From: an uncultured archaeon
GTDB taxonomy: Archaea > Asgardarchaeota > Lokiarchaeia > Sigyniarchaeales > SOKP01
Direction: 5' to 3'
Length of the DNA: 64,000 nucleotides
Assembly (NCBI GenBank): GCA_964583985.1
Contig: CAZOYD010000003.1
Location: 35,128-99,127, forward strand
Part shown: one piece after another, positions 1-9,583 of the stretch
How the letters are laid out: each line of letters begins with the position of its first letter
How positions within the stretch are numbered: position 1 is the first letter of the stretch
The notes under the pieces: model-generated
The model's input: the letters and a program-made list of their open reading frames with translations, nothing else
The model's database searches: none
What the model was told of the DNA's origin: nothing
Position numbers and translations under genes: made by a program

Positions 1-543
1 AAGATTGAAGAAGATTCTAAATCTGAAACAAAACTAAAATTAAAGAGTCTTAAAAGTGAAAAAAAATTACAAGATACCTGTCCTCACTGTGGTATCTTGG
101 TAGACTTATCTGATGATAAAGAATACTGTCCTTCGTGTGGCGGACGAATAACTCTTCCTGAATTATCTATAGAATCAGGGGGAACCCCATCAAAAGCTAA
201 TATAATTGATGGAAAAGTATTTTGTCCTAATTGTAATAAATTAATTGATGATTCAACTTCAATATTTTGCCCATATTGCGGTGCGAGTGTTCAATCATTT
301 GATCCACCTGAATTTATGGCAAAAAAGATCAATCAGACAGTTCTTGCTAAGGAATTTTCTGGATTTTACGATTCTGTTGAAGATGTATTAAGGTATTTTG
401 TTCCTGATAATCTTCAATATGCAATATTCAATGGTGCTGCTATTTTAGGAAGCTTACCTTCTTTTCTCCGATTATTTGTATCCCATCAGCAGTTTACTGA
501 AAATAATGATCTTTTATATAAAGATATAAGCGAAATTTTCTAA
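1..543 (+). CDS. Zinc-ribbon repeat protein, 3' part (gene starts before the window)
   Basis: Frame is open from base 1. CPHCG, CPSCGG, CPNC and CPYCG knuckles form double zinc ribbons. Confidence 0.7.
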   Translation, partial: KIEEDSKSETKLKLKSLKSEKKLQDTCPHCGILVDLSDDKEYCPSCGGRITLPELSIESGGTPSKANIIDGKVFCPNCNKLIDDSTSIFCPYCGASVQSFDPPEFMAKKINQTVLAKEFSGFYDSVEDVLRYFVPDNLQYAIFNGAAILGSLPSFLRLFVSHQQFTENNDLLYKDISEIF

Positions 544-716
544 ATTCATTTTTTAAGAATGATAAATAGTCTACTTATATTATTTTTTTTAATTAAGAGT
601 ATTCGTTATAAATTAAAGATTAAAAACAACTCTCTCGAAATACCGATAATTTTTAATTTCAAGTTGAATTTAAAAAATTAAATTCTATTTAAAACCAGAT
701 CGAGGTTTTTAGTTAA

Positions 717-1820
717 TTGAGATATAAAAATAGGTATTTAACGTTTAGCTTAATGTTCTTAGCAATATTTATCCTTATTATTCCTCTTGCTTCAGCGAAA
801 CAAAGAGATTCTTATTTAGTCGATTTTATTTATTCAGAACAAGTAGGAAATCAAGGTTTTGGCGATTCTTATCAAGAAACTGCTCAAGCTTTAGAGATTT
901 TGAAAAATTTTGAAGCTTTCACGATAGAAGGAATATTTGGTGTTGAGAACAAAGTCGATGTCCCTACTTTAACAAATTATCTCGTTGATAAACTAACAGA
1001 TATGTTTGAAGATGAAACAGTGAATTTGTATGATCTCTATGGCATTTTAAAATCACTACATTATCTCGATCCCGTGATAGATTCCGATTTAAGCAAGGAG
1101 ATTTATAATTATGTCAACACTTCTGGACTTCCTAGCGGTGGTTTTACTCCAACGAACATTTCAAAGGCAGTAAATGTGGTCTCTACATTCTATGCCTTTC
1201 AGATCTATGATTTACTTGGAATTGATATGCCAAATAAAACGATCCATGCAAACTGGCTTCTCTCGTGCAATAATGCTGATGGTGGATATGGAGGTAATTC
1301 TTCTTTATCCTCTACTTTACTAACAACTTACCAAGTTGTATACTTAATTAATGAATTAACAGGAAGTGTTGATAACTTAGTTAATAAATCTGCCACGCTG
1401 GAATATTTGACATCTTTTTATCAGGGTGATGCTAATGATTTTAATAACTATGGTGGTTATCTCCCTGATCTCACTGCTCTAGTGGTGTTATTAAGTAGCT
1501 CTTTTATATGTCTAAGCTCAATTGGATTAATCGATTCAACAGAATTACATCAAGATCCGACCATAAATTTTGTATTATCTCGTCAAAATTTTCGGGATGG
1601 AGGATTTAGTGATAAAGTTATAGACTATTATCAAGAACTCTCATCAATAACGGCCTCCTATTATGCCTTCAAGATTTTAGATGTGTTTAAATCAACTGAT
1701 TTATTAAATGAAGAGATATTTATGGTGGAATTCAATTATATCTTTTTGATTATCATGTTATCTGCGATTGGTATAATTGTATTTGTTGCATATTTGATGT
1801 GGCGAAAAAGAAGAATTTAG
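717..1820 (+). CDS. Prenyltransferase/squalene-oxidase repeat (alpha/alpha barrel) protein with signal peptide and C-terminal membrane anchor
   Basis: Repeats WLLSCNNADGGYGG, SGGF, YGGY and SRQNFRDGGF. Hydrophobic N-terminus; C-terminal TM followed by RKRRI. Confidence 0.7.
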   Translation: MRYKNRYLTFSLMFLAIFILIIPLASAKQRDSYLVDFIYSEQVGNQGFGDSYQETAQALEILKNFEAFTIEGIFGVENKVDVPTLTNYLVDKLTDMFEDETVNLYDLYGILKSLHYLDPVIDSDLSKEIYNYVNTSGLPSGGFTPTNISKAVNVVSTFYAFQIYDLLGIDMPNKTIHANWLLSCNNADGGYGGNSSLSSTLLTTYQVVYLINELTGSVDNLVNKSATLEYLTSFYQGDANDFNNYGGYLPDLTALVVLLSSSFICLSSIGLIDSTELHQDPTINFVLSRQNFRDGGFSDKVIDYYQELSSITASYYAFKILDVFKSTDLLNEEIFMVEFNYIFLIIMLSAIGIIVFVAYLMWRKRRI

Positions 1821-1937
1821 TCTTAATAAGGCTCGAACATATTCTGAGAAGATTTTTAATAAACATCTAATAATATTTATTTAATTCGATCCTATATTAC
1901 TATTTCATAATATATTGTAGAATATACCAAGATTATT

Positions 1938-2807
1938 ATGGAAAAAATCTTAGATGGAAAGGCACTCGCCCAAAAATTAAACATGGAAATAAAATCCGAA
2001 CTTAATCAATTGTATAACATATCCAAAATTAAACCTAAACTCGCTACAATATTAGTAGGAGAAGATCCCGCTTCACAAGTATACATTAACATTAAAAGAA
2101 AAACATGTGTTGAAGTTGGGATTGAATCTATCTTCATTAAACATCCTGCTTCCATCAGTAAAGATGACTTAGTCGCGAGTATTAAAGAACTCAATCAGGA
2201 TGATTCAATTCATGGAATTCTCCTTCAAATTCCCCTTCCTGATCACTTAAAACCTTACATTCCAATCTTTGTAAATCAAATATCGCCTTTAAAGGACGTT
2301 GATGGATTACATCCAATTAATAAAGGAAGATTGTTTGATTATGATGAAGAATATGCTCCTTGTACTCCAAAAGGGATCATTGCACTTCTGGAACATTATA
2401 AAATAAATTTAAATGGAATGTTTACGGTGATTATAAATCGTTCAAATTTAGTTGGGAAACCTTTAATCTTCTTATTTTTAAAAAGAAATGCCACAGTGGC
2501 AATATGCCATACTTCTACGAAAGAGCTTGATAAATTTATAAAAATGGCAGATATTTTAGTAGTTGCCGTTGGTAAACCGCATTTTATATCTAAAGAAAAC
2601 ATAAAGGAAGGAGTTATTATTATAGACGTTGGTGTTAGCAGAATAAATGGTAAATTATGTGGAGACGTTGATTTTGATGATGTATTTGAAAAATGTGGAA
2701 TGATAACTCCAAATCCAGGCGGTATTGGCCCTCTAACAGTCTCTTTTTTAATGAGGAACACATTAATAGCTTATCGAAATCAGATAAACTCAAATTTGAC
2801 TCAATAA
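1938..2807 (+). CDS. folD: Bifunctional methylenetetrahydrofolate dehydrogenase/cyclohydrolase
   Basis: Motifs ILDGK, YxxxK, KDVDGLHP, PCTPKG, RSNLVGKP, PGGIGPLT. Confidence 0.95.
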   Translation: MEKILDGKALAQKLNMEIKSELNQLYNISKIKPKLATILVGEDPASQVYINIKRKTCVEVGIESIFIKHPASISKDDLVASIKELNQDDSIHGILLQIPLPDHLKPYIPIFVNQISPLKDVDGLHPINKGRLFDYDEEYAPCTPKGIIALLEHYKINLNGMFTVIINRSNLVGKPLIFLFLKRNATVAICHTSTKELDKFIKMADILVVAVGKPHFISKENIKEGVIIIDVGVSRINGKLCGDVDFDDVFEKCGMITPNPGGIGPLTVSFLMRNTLIAYRNQINSNLTQ

Positions 2808-2900
2808 CAACAAAAAATATAAAGCAAATGTATTAATATACCCTACAACGAAATTGAAATTAGTTACAATCGAATTAATAAATCATCTTAAAGCCGAATT

Positions 2901-3356
2901 ATGGCAATTCTTGAAATAGGAATAAATTGTGGCACACGGAATCTAATAAACATAAAATATTATAATTCAGATACCGGGTTAGGCTTAGATCCAGAGTTAA
3001 GAGCTGGATTTCTCTCTGCCCTTGAAAGTTTTACTTCTGAAGTATTTGGAGATGATATTAACGTAGTCTCGTTAGCATCTTTTAAATTAGTTTGCTATTG
3101 CGATTTAATTGCCTTACCTAATGATCCTCAGAACAAACAACCTCTAATAGCATTTGCCATTATTGAAAAAGGAACCGATCCAGAGATTGTTAAAAAACAT
3201 TTACACGAAATTAATTCACATTTTCTCAATAGATTTTCTCTAAATGACATATTCTCCAAAAAAGAAAAAGCGTTTGCAAAGTTTGAGAGTAGAATAGATG
3301 AAGTGATTGGAGATCTTAAACTAAAAACCGAGGATCGCTTTCGGTCAATCTTTTAA
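2901..3356 (+). CDS. Longin-like (profilin/sensor-fold) small protein
   Basis: LRAGFLSALESFTSEVFG helix following an N-terminal beta hairpin, a pattern typical of Asgard longin-like domains. Confidence 0.55.
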   Translation: MAILEIGINCGTRNLINIKYYNSDTGLGLDPELRAGFLSALESFTSEVFGDDINVVSLASFKLVCYCDLIALPNDPQNKQPLIAFAIIEKGTDPEIVKKHLHEINSHFLNRFSLNDIFSKKEKAFAKFESRIDEVIGDLKLKTEDRFRSIF

Positions 3357-3473
3357 CAACCTTCATGAATATAAAAAGAAATTAGTTGGAATTAATCTAT
3401 TTCAACGAAAAAACCTTATTAAAATCAGTTCAATATTATAATTACGGTTTGAGTTCATTCGAGGAATATAATC

Positions 3474-4664
3474 ATGAGTTCGAATATAGGTCCTGAAGCA
3501 TCTGCAGCTTATGATAGATATTTAGATGCTAAAACAATCGAAGAAAAAATCAGGTGCCTTGAAGAATTTCTTTCTATCGTTCCAAAACACAAAGCAACAG
3601 AAAGAATTGTAGCTTTAAACAAATCCCGACTTTCTAAATTGAAAAGAGAACAAGAAGAAAAAAAAGAAAAGGAAAAAGCCGGGAAAAAAATAAGTCCATT
3701 TTCTATAAAAAGGGAAGGAATCCAAATAATCTTGATTAGTGATTATCACGTACCTGGAGTTGGTAAAACTTCAATATTAAACTTATTAACTGGAGCTGCA
3801 AAAAAAAAAATTGGTAAATTCACGTCTTTACCCGAAATTGGGATATATAAAGAGCAAAAAATCAAATTTCAGATAGTAGATATGCCTTCAATTATGGTTG
3901 GGGCTTCTGATGGAGTGGCAAATGGCAAGGAAATTCTATCTCAGATTAGATCTTGCGATCTAATAGTAATTTGCATTGATTTATCCAGAAATATAGATGA
4001 TCAAATTTGCATGATAGAAAAGGAGTTACACAAATCAAATATTAGATTAAACCTTCAATCTCCTCCAATTTCAATTGAAAAAACGGGATCTAATAAAATT
4101 CAAGTCTTCTATCTCACTGAAGAAGCAAAAAGCGTTGAAGAATTATCAGATTTTTCAGAAAAAATAAAAGAGATTGTACATGCTAGTGGCATTAGGAATG
4201 GGATTGTAAAATTATATGGGAAAGTAACAATAGATCAAATTGTTGATGCTGTTAACCCCTCAGTTGTATATAAAAAGGCACTCATCTTGGGAACAAAGGG
4301 AGATCTCCCTTATACTCAAGAAGCTTTCGATGATTTAAAAGAACGATATTCAAGTAAATATCCCTTAATACTCGCTAGTAGCTCAAAAAAAAAAGAATTT
4401 ACTCCCGAATTTGGGAAAATTATCTTAGATTTTTTAAAAAAAATTAAGGTTTTTACAAGTCATAAGGGAGTAATAGCAGAAAAACCTTTGATTTTGGATT
4501 CGAATGTGACCATAAGAAATGTAGCAATAAAAATCCATCGCAGTTTTTATGAGAAATTTGATTATGCCGTTGTAATTAGAGAAGGAGCAAGACAATATCG
4601 AAAGAAGGTAGGATTAGATTTTAAAGTTGAGGATAATGATATCATAGAATTATTTACAAAATGA
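3474..4664 (+). CDS. DRG/OBG-family GTP-binding protein with C-terminal TGS domain
   Basis: N-terminal PKHKATE, GVGKTS P-loop and TGS tail (AIKIH...KVGLDFKVEDNDIIE). Confidence 0.85.
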   Translation: MSSNIGPEASAAYDRYLDAKTIEEKIRCLEEFLSIVPKHKATERIVALNKSRLSKLKREQEEKKEKEKAGKKISPFSIKREGIQIILISDYHVPGVGKTSILNLLTGAAKKKIGKFTSLPEIGIYKEQKIKFQIVDMPSIMVGASDGVANGKEILSQIRSCDLIVICIDLSRNIDDQICMIEKELHKSNIRLNLQSPPISIEKTGSNKIQVFYLTEEAKSVEELSDFSEKIKEIVHASGIRNGIVKLYGKVTIDQIVDAVNPSVVYKKALILGTKGDLPYTQEAFDDLKERYSSKYPLILASSSKKKEFTPEFGKIILDFLKKIKVFTSHKGVIAEKPLILDSNVTIRNVAIKIHRSFYEKFDYAVVIREGARQYRKKVGLDFKVEDNDIIELFTK

Positions 4665-4668
4665 ATAA

Positions 4669-5616
4669 TCAATCAAGATATTCTTCAATGTCATCACTCA
4701 TGACTAAAATATTTTGAATTGTTTGAGAGATTTCTTCTTCAGGCACATTTTCCTTATCAATCAGTTTATTTGCCATATCTCTATAGAGTTCCCATCCCTC
4801 TTCTTTTAATAATCGTAATTTTGTGCTAAATGAATATAGACTTAAATAAGTATCTTTATAATCTCCTGCTGAAATGAGTTTAGATCCTAATTTTTCAATT
4901 GCATCATTTAATGTTGCCTTCATGTTTTTCAAGTAGTATTTTAATTTAAATTTGGCATCTTTGATTTCATTTTTTATACGATTTACCTCATTTTGATATT
5001 TTAGAAACGTGTTCTCATCATGTAATTGTTCTGATAGTTCTACCACTTTTTCTGATAATGCCAAGTTCCTGGGTAATAATGGAGACTTTTCAATTTTATA
5101 AATTAATAGATCTCTTTCTTGAATTAAATTTTCACGAGCTTCTTCAGATAATTGTTTTCTGTGCGCCCACATTGATTTTAAAACTTGATCAGGCTTTTCT
5201 AAAAGTGTTTTTCTTACATTTTTAATATTTTCTAATACTAATTCAGTTAGAGGAAGTTCTAAAATATCAAACTCCTTACGATCTCCATCCCATGAAAGAA
5301 ATTGAGCTTCAAATTTATTTAATAATTTCAGTAATTTAGGGAGGAGCTTATTAACTGTCTTGATATCTTCCTTATCAGTAATTATTACTACATCAACATC
5401 AATTCTCTTAATCGAAGATAAAACTATGCTATATTCTCCTAAATCAATATTTTTTAACTTATTAGCTTCATCAATTATTATCTCGGAAACAAATGATTTT
5501 ATAGCAGCAAAGAAAGAACCAAATAACTCTATTTTTCCCGTGTTTAATTCTTGAAAATTTTGATCGTAGATTAATAATCCACTGCTAGCTTGGTAGAGAA
5601 AGATCGAGTAAATCAT
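4669..5616 (-). CDS. Longin-like N-terminal domain protein with helical C-terminus
   Basis: SSGLLIY...LFGSFFAAIKSFVSE longin-like pattern followed by a coiled/helical region. Confidence 0.55.
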   Translation of the reverse strand: MIYSIFLYQASSGLLIYDQNFQELNTGKIELFGSFFAAIKSFVSEIIIDEANKLKNIDLGEYSIVLSSIKRIDVDVVIITDKEDIKTVNKLLPKLLKLLNKFEAQFLSWDGDRKEFDILELPLTELVLENIKNVRKTLLEKPDQVLKSMWAHRKQLSEEARENLIQERDLLIYKIEKSPLLPRNLALSEKVVELSEQLHDENTFLKYQNEVNRIKNEIKDAKFKLKYYLKNMKATLNDAIEKLGSKLISAGDYKDTYLSLYSFSTKLRLLKEEGWELYRDMANKLIDKENVPEEEISQTIQNILVMSDDIEEYLD

Positions 5617-5854
5617 GAGATAATGCCATGAAAAAACTTTTTAAGATTAGGAATGAATAATATTCATGTCTATTTTTATAAATCAATTAATTACTAAATA
5701 TGTTATTTTATTTTTTTTTAATTTTTATGGATCTATTATGATTAATTTATCATACATTTTTTATTGGAGGATATCAACAATAAATTTTCATAGTTAATTA
5801 TTTTAAAATAATTTTCTATAAAACAGTTAGAGAATAAAAATAAAATTAAATAAG

Positions 5855-6376
5855 GTGTATATTACGCGCGTACCTTCATTCCTTTTAAAAAGTTTTATGA
5901 AAATAGAATTAGATGGAGAGTATATAGAATTTTCCATAAAATTTGCATCCGTAAATCGTAATTTAGAAGAAGAATTAATGGGGTTAAATATAACAATAGA
6001 TGGAACTGTCATTTTTGATATAGACCTCATCCCTAATAATTTTCATATAAGATTGAACGATATCTTTTATAATAATCAAGATCTTTTTAAAATTTATAAT
6101 AAAAAAATATCTACATTAGATAAATTCGTTTTAATTATCCCTAATAGTTCAAATATTATAGCAGGTAAACATAAAATATCTTTTTATAGTAAAATATCGA
6201 ATTTGACAGTGACAACCAGACTAATAATAAATGAAAAACCCGAATATTCTCCAATTCAAGAAAAATTTCAAAATGAATTACATCATCATAGATATTGTCC
6301 ATTATGTAAAAATATGGTTACTGAAGAAAATCAGAAGTTTTGTGAATTTTGCGGGTATGAACTCATTAAAAGTTGA
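5855..6376 (+). CDS. Hypothetical protein with C-terminal double zinc ribbon
   Basis: YCPLCK...KFCEFCG at the C-terminus; start uncertain. Confidence 0.55.
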   Translation: MYITRVPSFLLKSFMKIELDGEYIEFSIKFASVNRNLEEELMGLNITIDGTVIFDIDLIPNNFHIRLNDIFYNNQDLFKIYNKKISTLDKFVLIIPNSSNIIAGKHKISFYSKISNLTVTTRLIINEKPEYSPIQEKFQNELHHHRYCPLCKNMVTEENQKFCEFCGYELIKS

Positions 6377-6426
6377 GTATAAATTTCAAACTTTGAAGAT
6401 ATAAGCGAATTCCACGTTAAATTTCT

Positions 6427-9090
6427 TCAATTCTTAATTCTTTCAATAATTTCTGGAATCTCAATAAGTTCCCTCTTATAATCAGGATCCAAATTAGGAA
6501 GACCTTTAGAAATGTTAAACAAGCTCTCAAATGAATATATTAGACTCTCGAGGTAATCGATGATATCACCTTTAAACACTTGGATGCTATATTCCTCCAT
6601 CAAGTAATCACTTATATCATCAATAGATAAGTGATTTTTAGTGCGCAAGTTTAAAATTATCTTTTCTAGATTGAGTCTTCCACATGCGCAATAAGGATTG
6701 TCCTTGCAACTACAATTAAAAAAATCTGAAGTCCATTTAATTATTAAATTTATGAAACTCTCCGAAAATTTCTTTCTTTTACGCACGTATTCAGCATTCA
6801 TTAGACTTAGCACGCTATTACTGAAAAAATTATTGGAAAAGTATTTCATATTCACATTTCGGGATAAATCAGCAACTATTTTCTTAGATAGATATACATT
6901 TTTCAATGGTTTAAGATCTAATACGATCTCGATGATTGACTCTTTCTTATTTCTTAACTTATTAACTAAATCTAATCCTTGCTCTATTGTTAGAAAAGAT
7001 TTTGCTACTGCTATTCCTAAATTTGTAATTTTAAAAGAGGCTTGTTTTCTTTCAATCAATTTCATTTTATCTAATTCTTTGATAAAAGAATCTAAATCAT
7101 AATTTCCATTGAGTAAATAATTATTAAATCTTAATACATCTGTTTTTTCAATACAATCTTGGAAGATAGAGAAAAATGCAAGTAATTCAGTAAGAGAGCG
7201 ATCTGCATTAGGATCTAATTGGTAATCTTTTATTTTACCATTTAACAACGAAATTGCAATGTTTTCTTCTGTCAATTTCAATTTAGGAGAGTAAATTTTA
7301 CTAGGTTCAATGAGAAGATAAGCCAATCCTTTTTCATGTTTCTTCAATCTTCCAGCTCGACCCAACATCTGTTCGAATTCAGCAACAGTCAGAATTTTGA
7401 TCCCCATCCCTAATGATTCAAAAATGACTTGCTCTGCGGGAAAATCCACTCCTGCCGCTAATGCTGCGGTTGCTACTACAGCAGAGACTTTCTGCGTTTG
7501 AAATTCAAACTCTACACTTTTACGTTCTTCGTATGTTAAGCCAGAATGATAAGGACGTGCATTAATTTGTTTAGTAAGCAAATAATTCGCTAAAGCTTCA
7601 CATTTTTTCCTAGTGTTGGTAAATACAATAGTCTGACCTTTAAATCCATATATTGATGTTCTGGAATAAGCAGACCTAATAAGCTTAACAATATACTTAT
7701 ATTTCACGCTTTCATTTAGACATAATAACAAGTGTCGTTCAATCGGGACGGGTCTATTGTTATATCTAATTAAAATGCATCCCAAATTATCAGCAAGATC
7801 TTGAGGCGCTCCAATTGTGGCACTCAGATACAAAAATTGACTTTTAGGGTATAAAAATTTTAAACGAGCAATTAATCCATCCAAAAGAAAACCTCTCTCA
7901 TCATCGATTAAAGTCTGAATCTCATCGATAATAATTGTACCAATTTGTCCTAAAAATTGCTTATTTCCGCTTCTTAAAATGTAATCTATAGCCTCATATG
8001 TAGCAATTATGATATTAGCGTCCATTAAATCATTTAGATTATCGTTATCACGGTTTTCAAGGATAGATTCTCCAACTTTTTTAATTATTTTTAAATTTAA
8101 ACCATTGTATTTCTTATTAAATTCTTCAGTTCTAACATTTGCAAGTGCGACGATTGGGACTAAATATAACATACTGTTTTTATTAGTGAGAACACGTGAG
8201 ATACCGGCTAATTCAGCGACTAAAGTCTTTCCTGCTGATGTAGGTGCCATGATCAACTGATTTATCCCCTCATATATCAATCCTTTATCAATAGCAATTG
8301 CTTGAATCGGTAAAAGGGTATTTATATTCTGTTTAATTAACAGTTTCTTAAAATCATCAGGTATCGACACATCTGCAATTTTTAAATTCAGATACTTCTT
8401 ACTCACGGTAGGTGTTTTCTCTATATCATATAATGTTAATTCTTTATTCTTGATTGGATCAAATCCCATTTTAAATGATTTGATTACTTTATCCACATTC
8501 CTGAATTTTAGAATCATGTGATTAAAAAAATTCTTTAGTTTAGGATCCAATTTATCTTGACCAACTAATCCTGAAAAAACTGCTTCTTTTATAATTAATT
8601 CAAGAGCACAATTCGAACAAATGATTTCATTATGATATGATTGTATCTTCTGTTTCTTACTCAGAATTTTAAATTTTCTTTTGTTCAAACAAGATTTACA
8701 AAACGTCAATTCAATAATCATTCTTTGATCAAACTGTAAGTTCTCAAGCATGCTAGCAACTGGACTAAAATCATTTCTATCAGTTTGACTTGAAAATGCC
8801 ACAAATCGATTTTTATCTGCTAATAAAAATTTCTTAAATAGGCGTGGATCAAGAGGCTCAGTAGAACCATCCTTTTGAATCTTCGTAAAATTAACAGGTC
8901 TCATTTTATTTTTAAAATCTAACCCAAATACAACAGATCCTTGAAAAAATGGCTTATTTATGTACGAAAAAGTAAAATTCTTCTCTTTAAATGATTTCAA
9001 GTAGAAAAAATTGATATCAAATAGAGGATCCTGCAAATTTGCTTGATTTCGATTTAATACAATAAAAAAATCCCTTGAAACCAAGCTCAT
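6427..9090 (-). CDS. Archaeal Ski2-like DEAD/DEAH helicase (ASH-Ski2/MJ1401-like, Cys-rich C-terminal domain)
   Basis: APTSAGKT, DEIQ, SAT and QMLGRAGR motifs; C-terminal CSCKDNPYCACG. Confidence 0.85.
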   Translation of the reverse strand: MSLVSRDFFIVLNRNQANLQDPLFDINFFYLKSFKEKNFTFSYINKPFFQGSVVFGLDFKNKMRPVNFTKIQKDGSTEPLDPRLFKKFLLADKNRFVAFSSQTDRNDFSPVASMLENLQFDQRMIIELTFCKSCLNKRKFKILSKKQKIQSYHNEIICSNCALELIIKEAVFSGLVGQDKLDPKLKNFFNHMILKFRNVDKVIKSFKMGFDPIKNKELTLYDIEKTPTVSKKYLNLKIADVSIPDDFKKLLIKQNINTLLPIQAIAIDKGLIYEGINQLIMAPTSAGKTLVAELAGISRVLTNKNSMLYLVPIVALANVRTEEFNKKYNGLNLKIIKKVGESILENRDNDNLNDLMDANIIIATYEAIDYILRSGNKQFLGQIGTIIIDEIQTLIDDERGFLLDGLIARLKFLYPKSQFLYLSATIGAPQDLADNLGCILIRYNNRPVPIERHLLLCLNESVKYKYIVKLIRSAYSRTSIYGFKGQTIVFTNTRKKCEALANYLLTKQINARPYHSGLTYEERKSVEFEFQTQKVSAVVATAALAAGVDFPAEQVIFESLGMGIKILTVAEFEQMLGRAGRLKKHEKGLAYLLIEPSKIYSPKLKLTEENIAISLLNGKIKDYQLDPNADRSLTELLAFFSIFQDCIEKTDVLRFNNYLLNGNYDLDSFIKELDKMKLIERKQASFKITNLGIAVAKSFLTIEQGLDLVNKLRNKKESIIEIVLDLKPLKNVYLSKKIVADLSRNVNMKYFSNNFFSNSVLSLMNAEYVRKRKKFSESFINLIIKWTSDFFNCSCKDNPYCACGRLNLEKIILNLRTKNHLSIDDISDYLMEEYSIQVFKGDIIDYLESLIYSFESLFNISKGLPNLDPDYKRELIEIPEIIERIKN

Positions 9091-9201
9091 TTAAAAAACC
9101 ATTTTACTCATTACTATTATGAGATACAATGAACCAATCTAAATCAACTTTATGATATAATAACAATGAAAAGAAGAAAAAGAAATTCTATTTGTAAAGA
9201 A

Positions 9202-9369
9202 TTAAAATCCAAATACTTTTTTAATTTTATCATAAATTTCTTTAATCTGACGGAGCTTTGCCTCATCTCCTTGAGTAAGATAATAATTAATCCAGTCTGC
9301 AAGCCCCCCGCCGTTAGGTTGCATCCATTGGATAAAATACTCCACTGCTTGACGTTCTTCTGCTGACAT
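9202..9369 (-). CDS. Small hypothetical protein, 55 aa (MSAEERQAVEYFIQWMQPNGGGLADWINYYLTQGDEAKLRQIKEIYDKIKKVFGF), absent from the ORF track
   Basis: Translated by hand from ATG at 9369 to TAA at 9204-9202. The stretch is visibly GC-richer than its flanks, with a TATA-like TTTATATA upstream and a pyrimidine/T-rich tract downstream on the minus strand. Confidence 0.65.
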   Translation of the reverse strand: MSAEERQAVEYFIQWMQPNGGGLADWINYYLTQGDEAKLRQIKEIYDKIKKVFGF

Positions 9370-9583
9370 GGCTTATACTCAGAAATTTACTCTATAATTA
9401 TTTAATAATTATTTTTTCAATCTATATAAATTTATAAATTATTCCAATTTAACTATTTACAATTCGAAATTTAAGTCGATTCTACACATATTAGTATAAA
9501 TAATTTTAAAATCAAGATCGTATTCTATATCTTTACTATTTGAATTCAAGTATAAAACATAGATTAATAGAGGTCCAATAATA

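Noticed and set aside
9166-9366. 66-aa plus-strand ORF in the track
   Set aside because: Implausible composition; it is the antisense shadow of the 55-aa minus-strand ORF.
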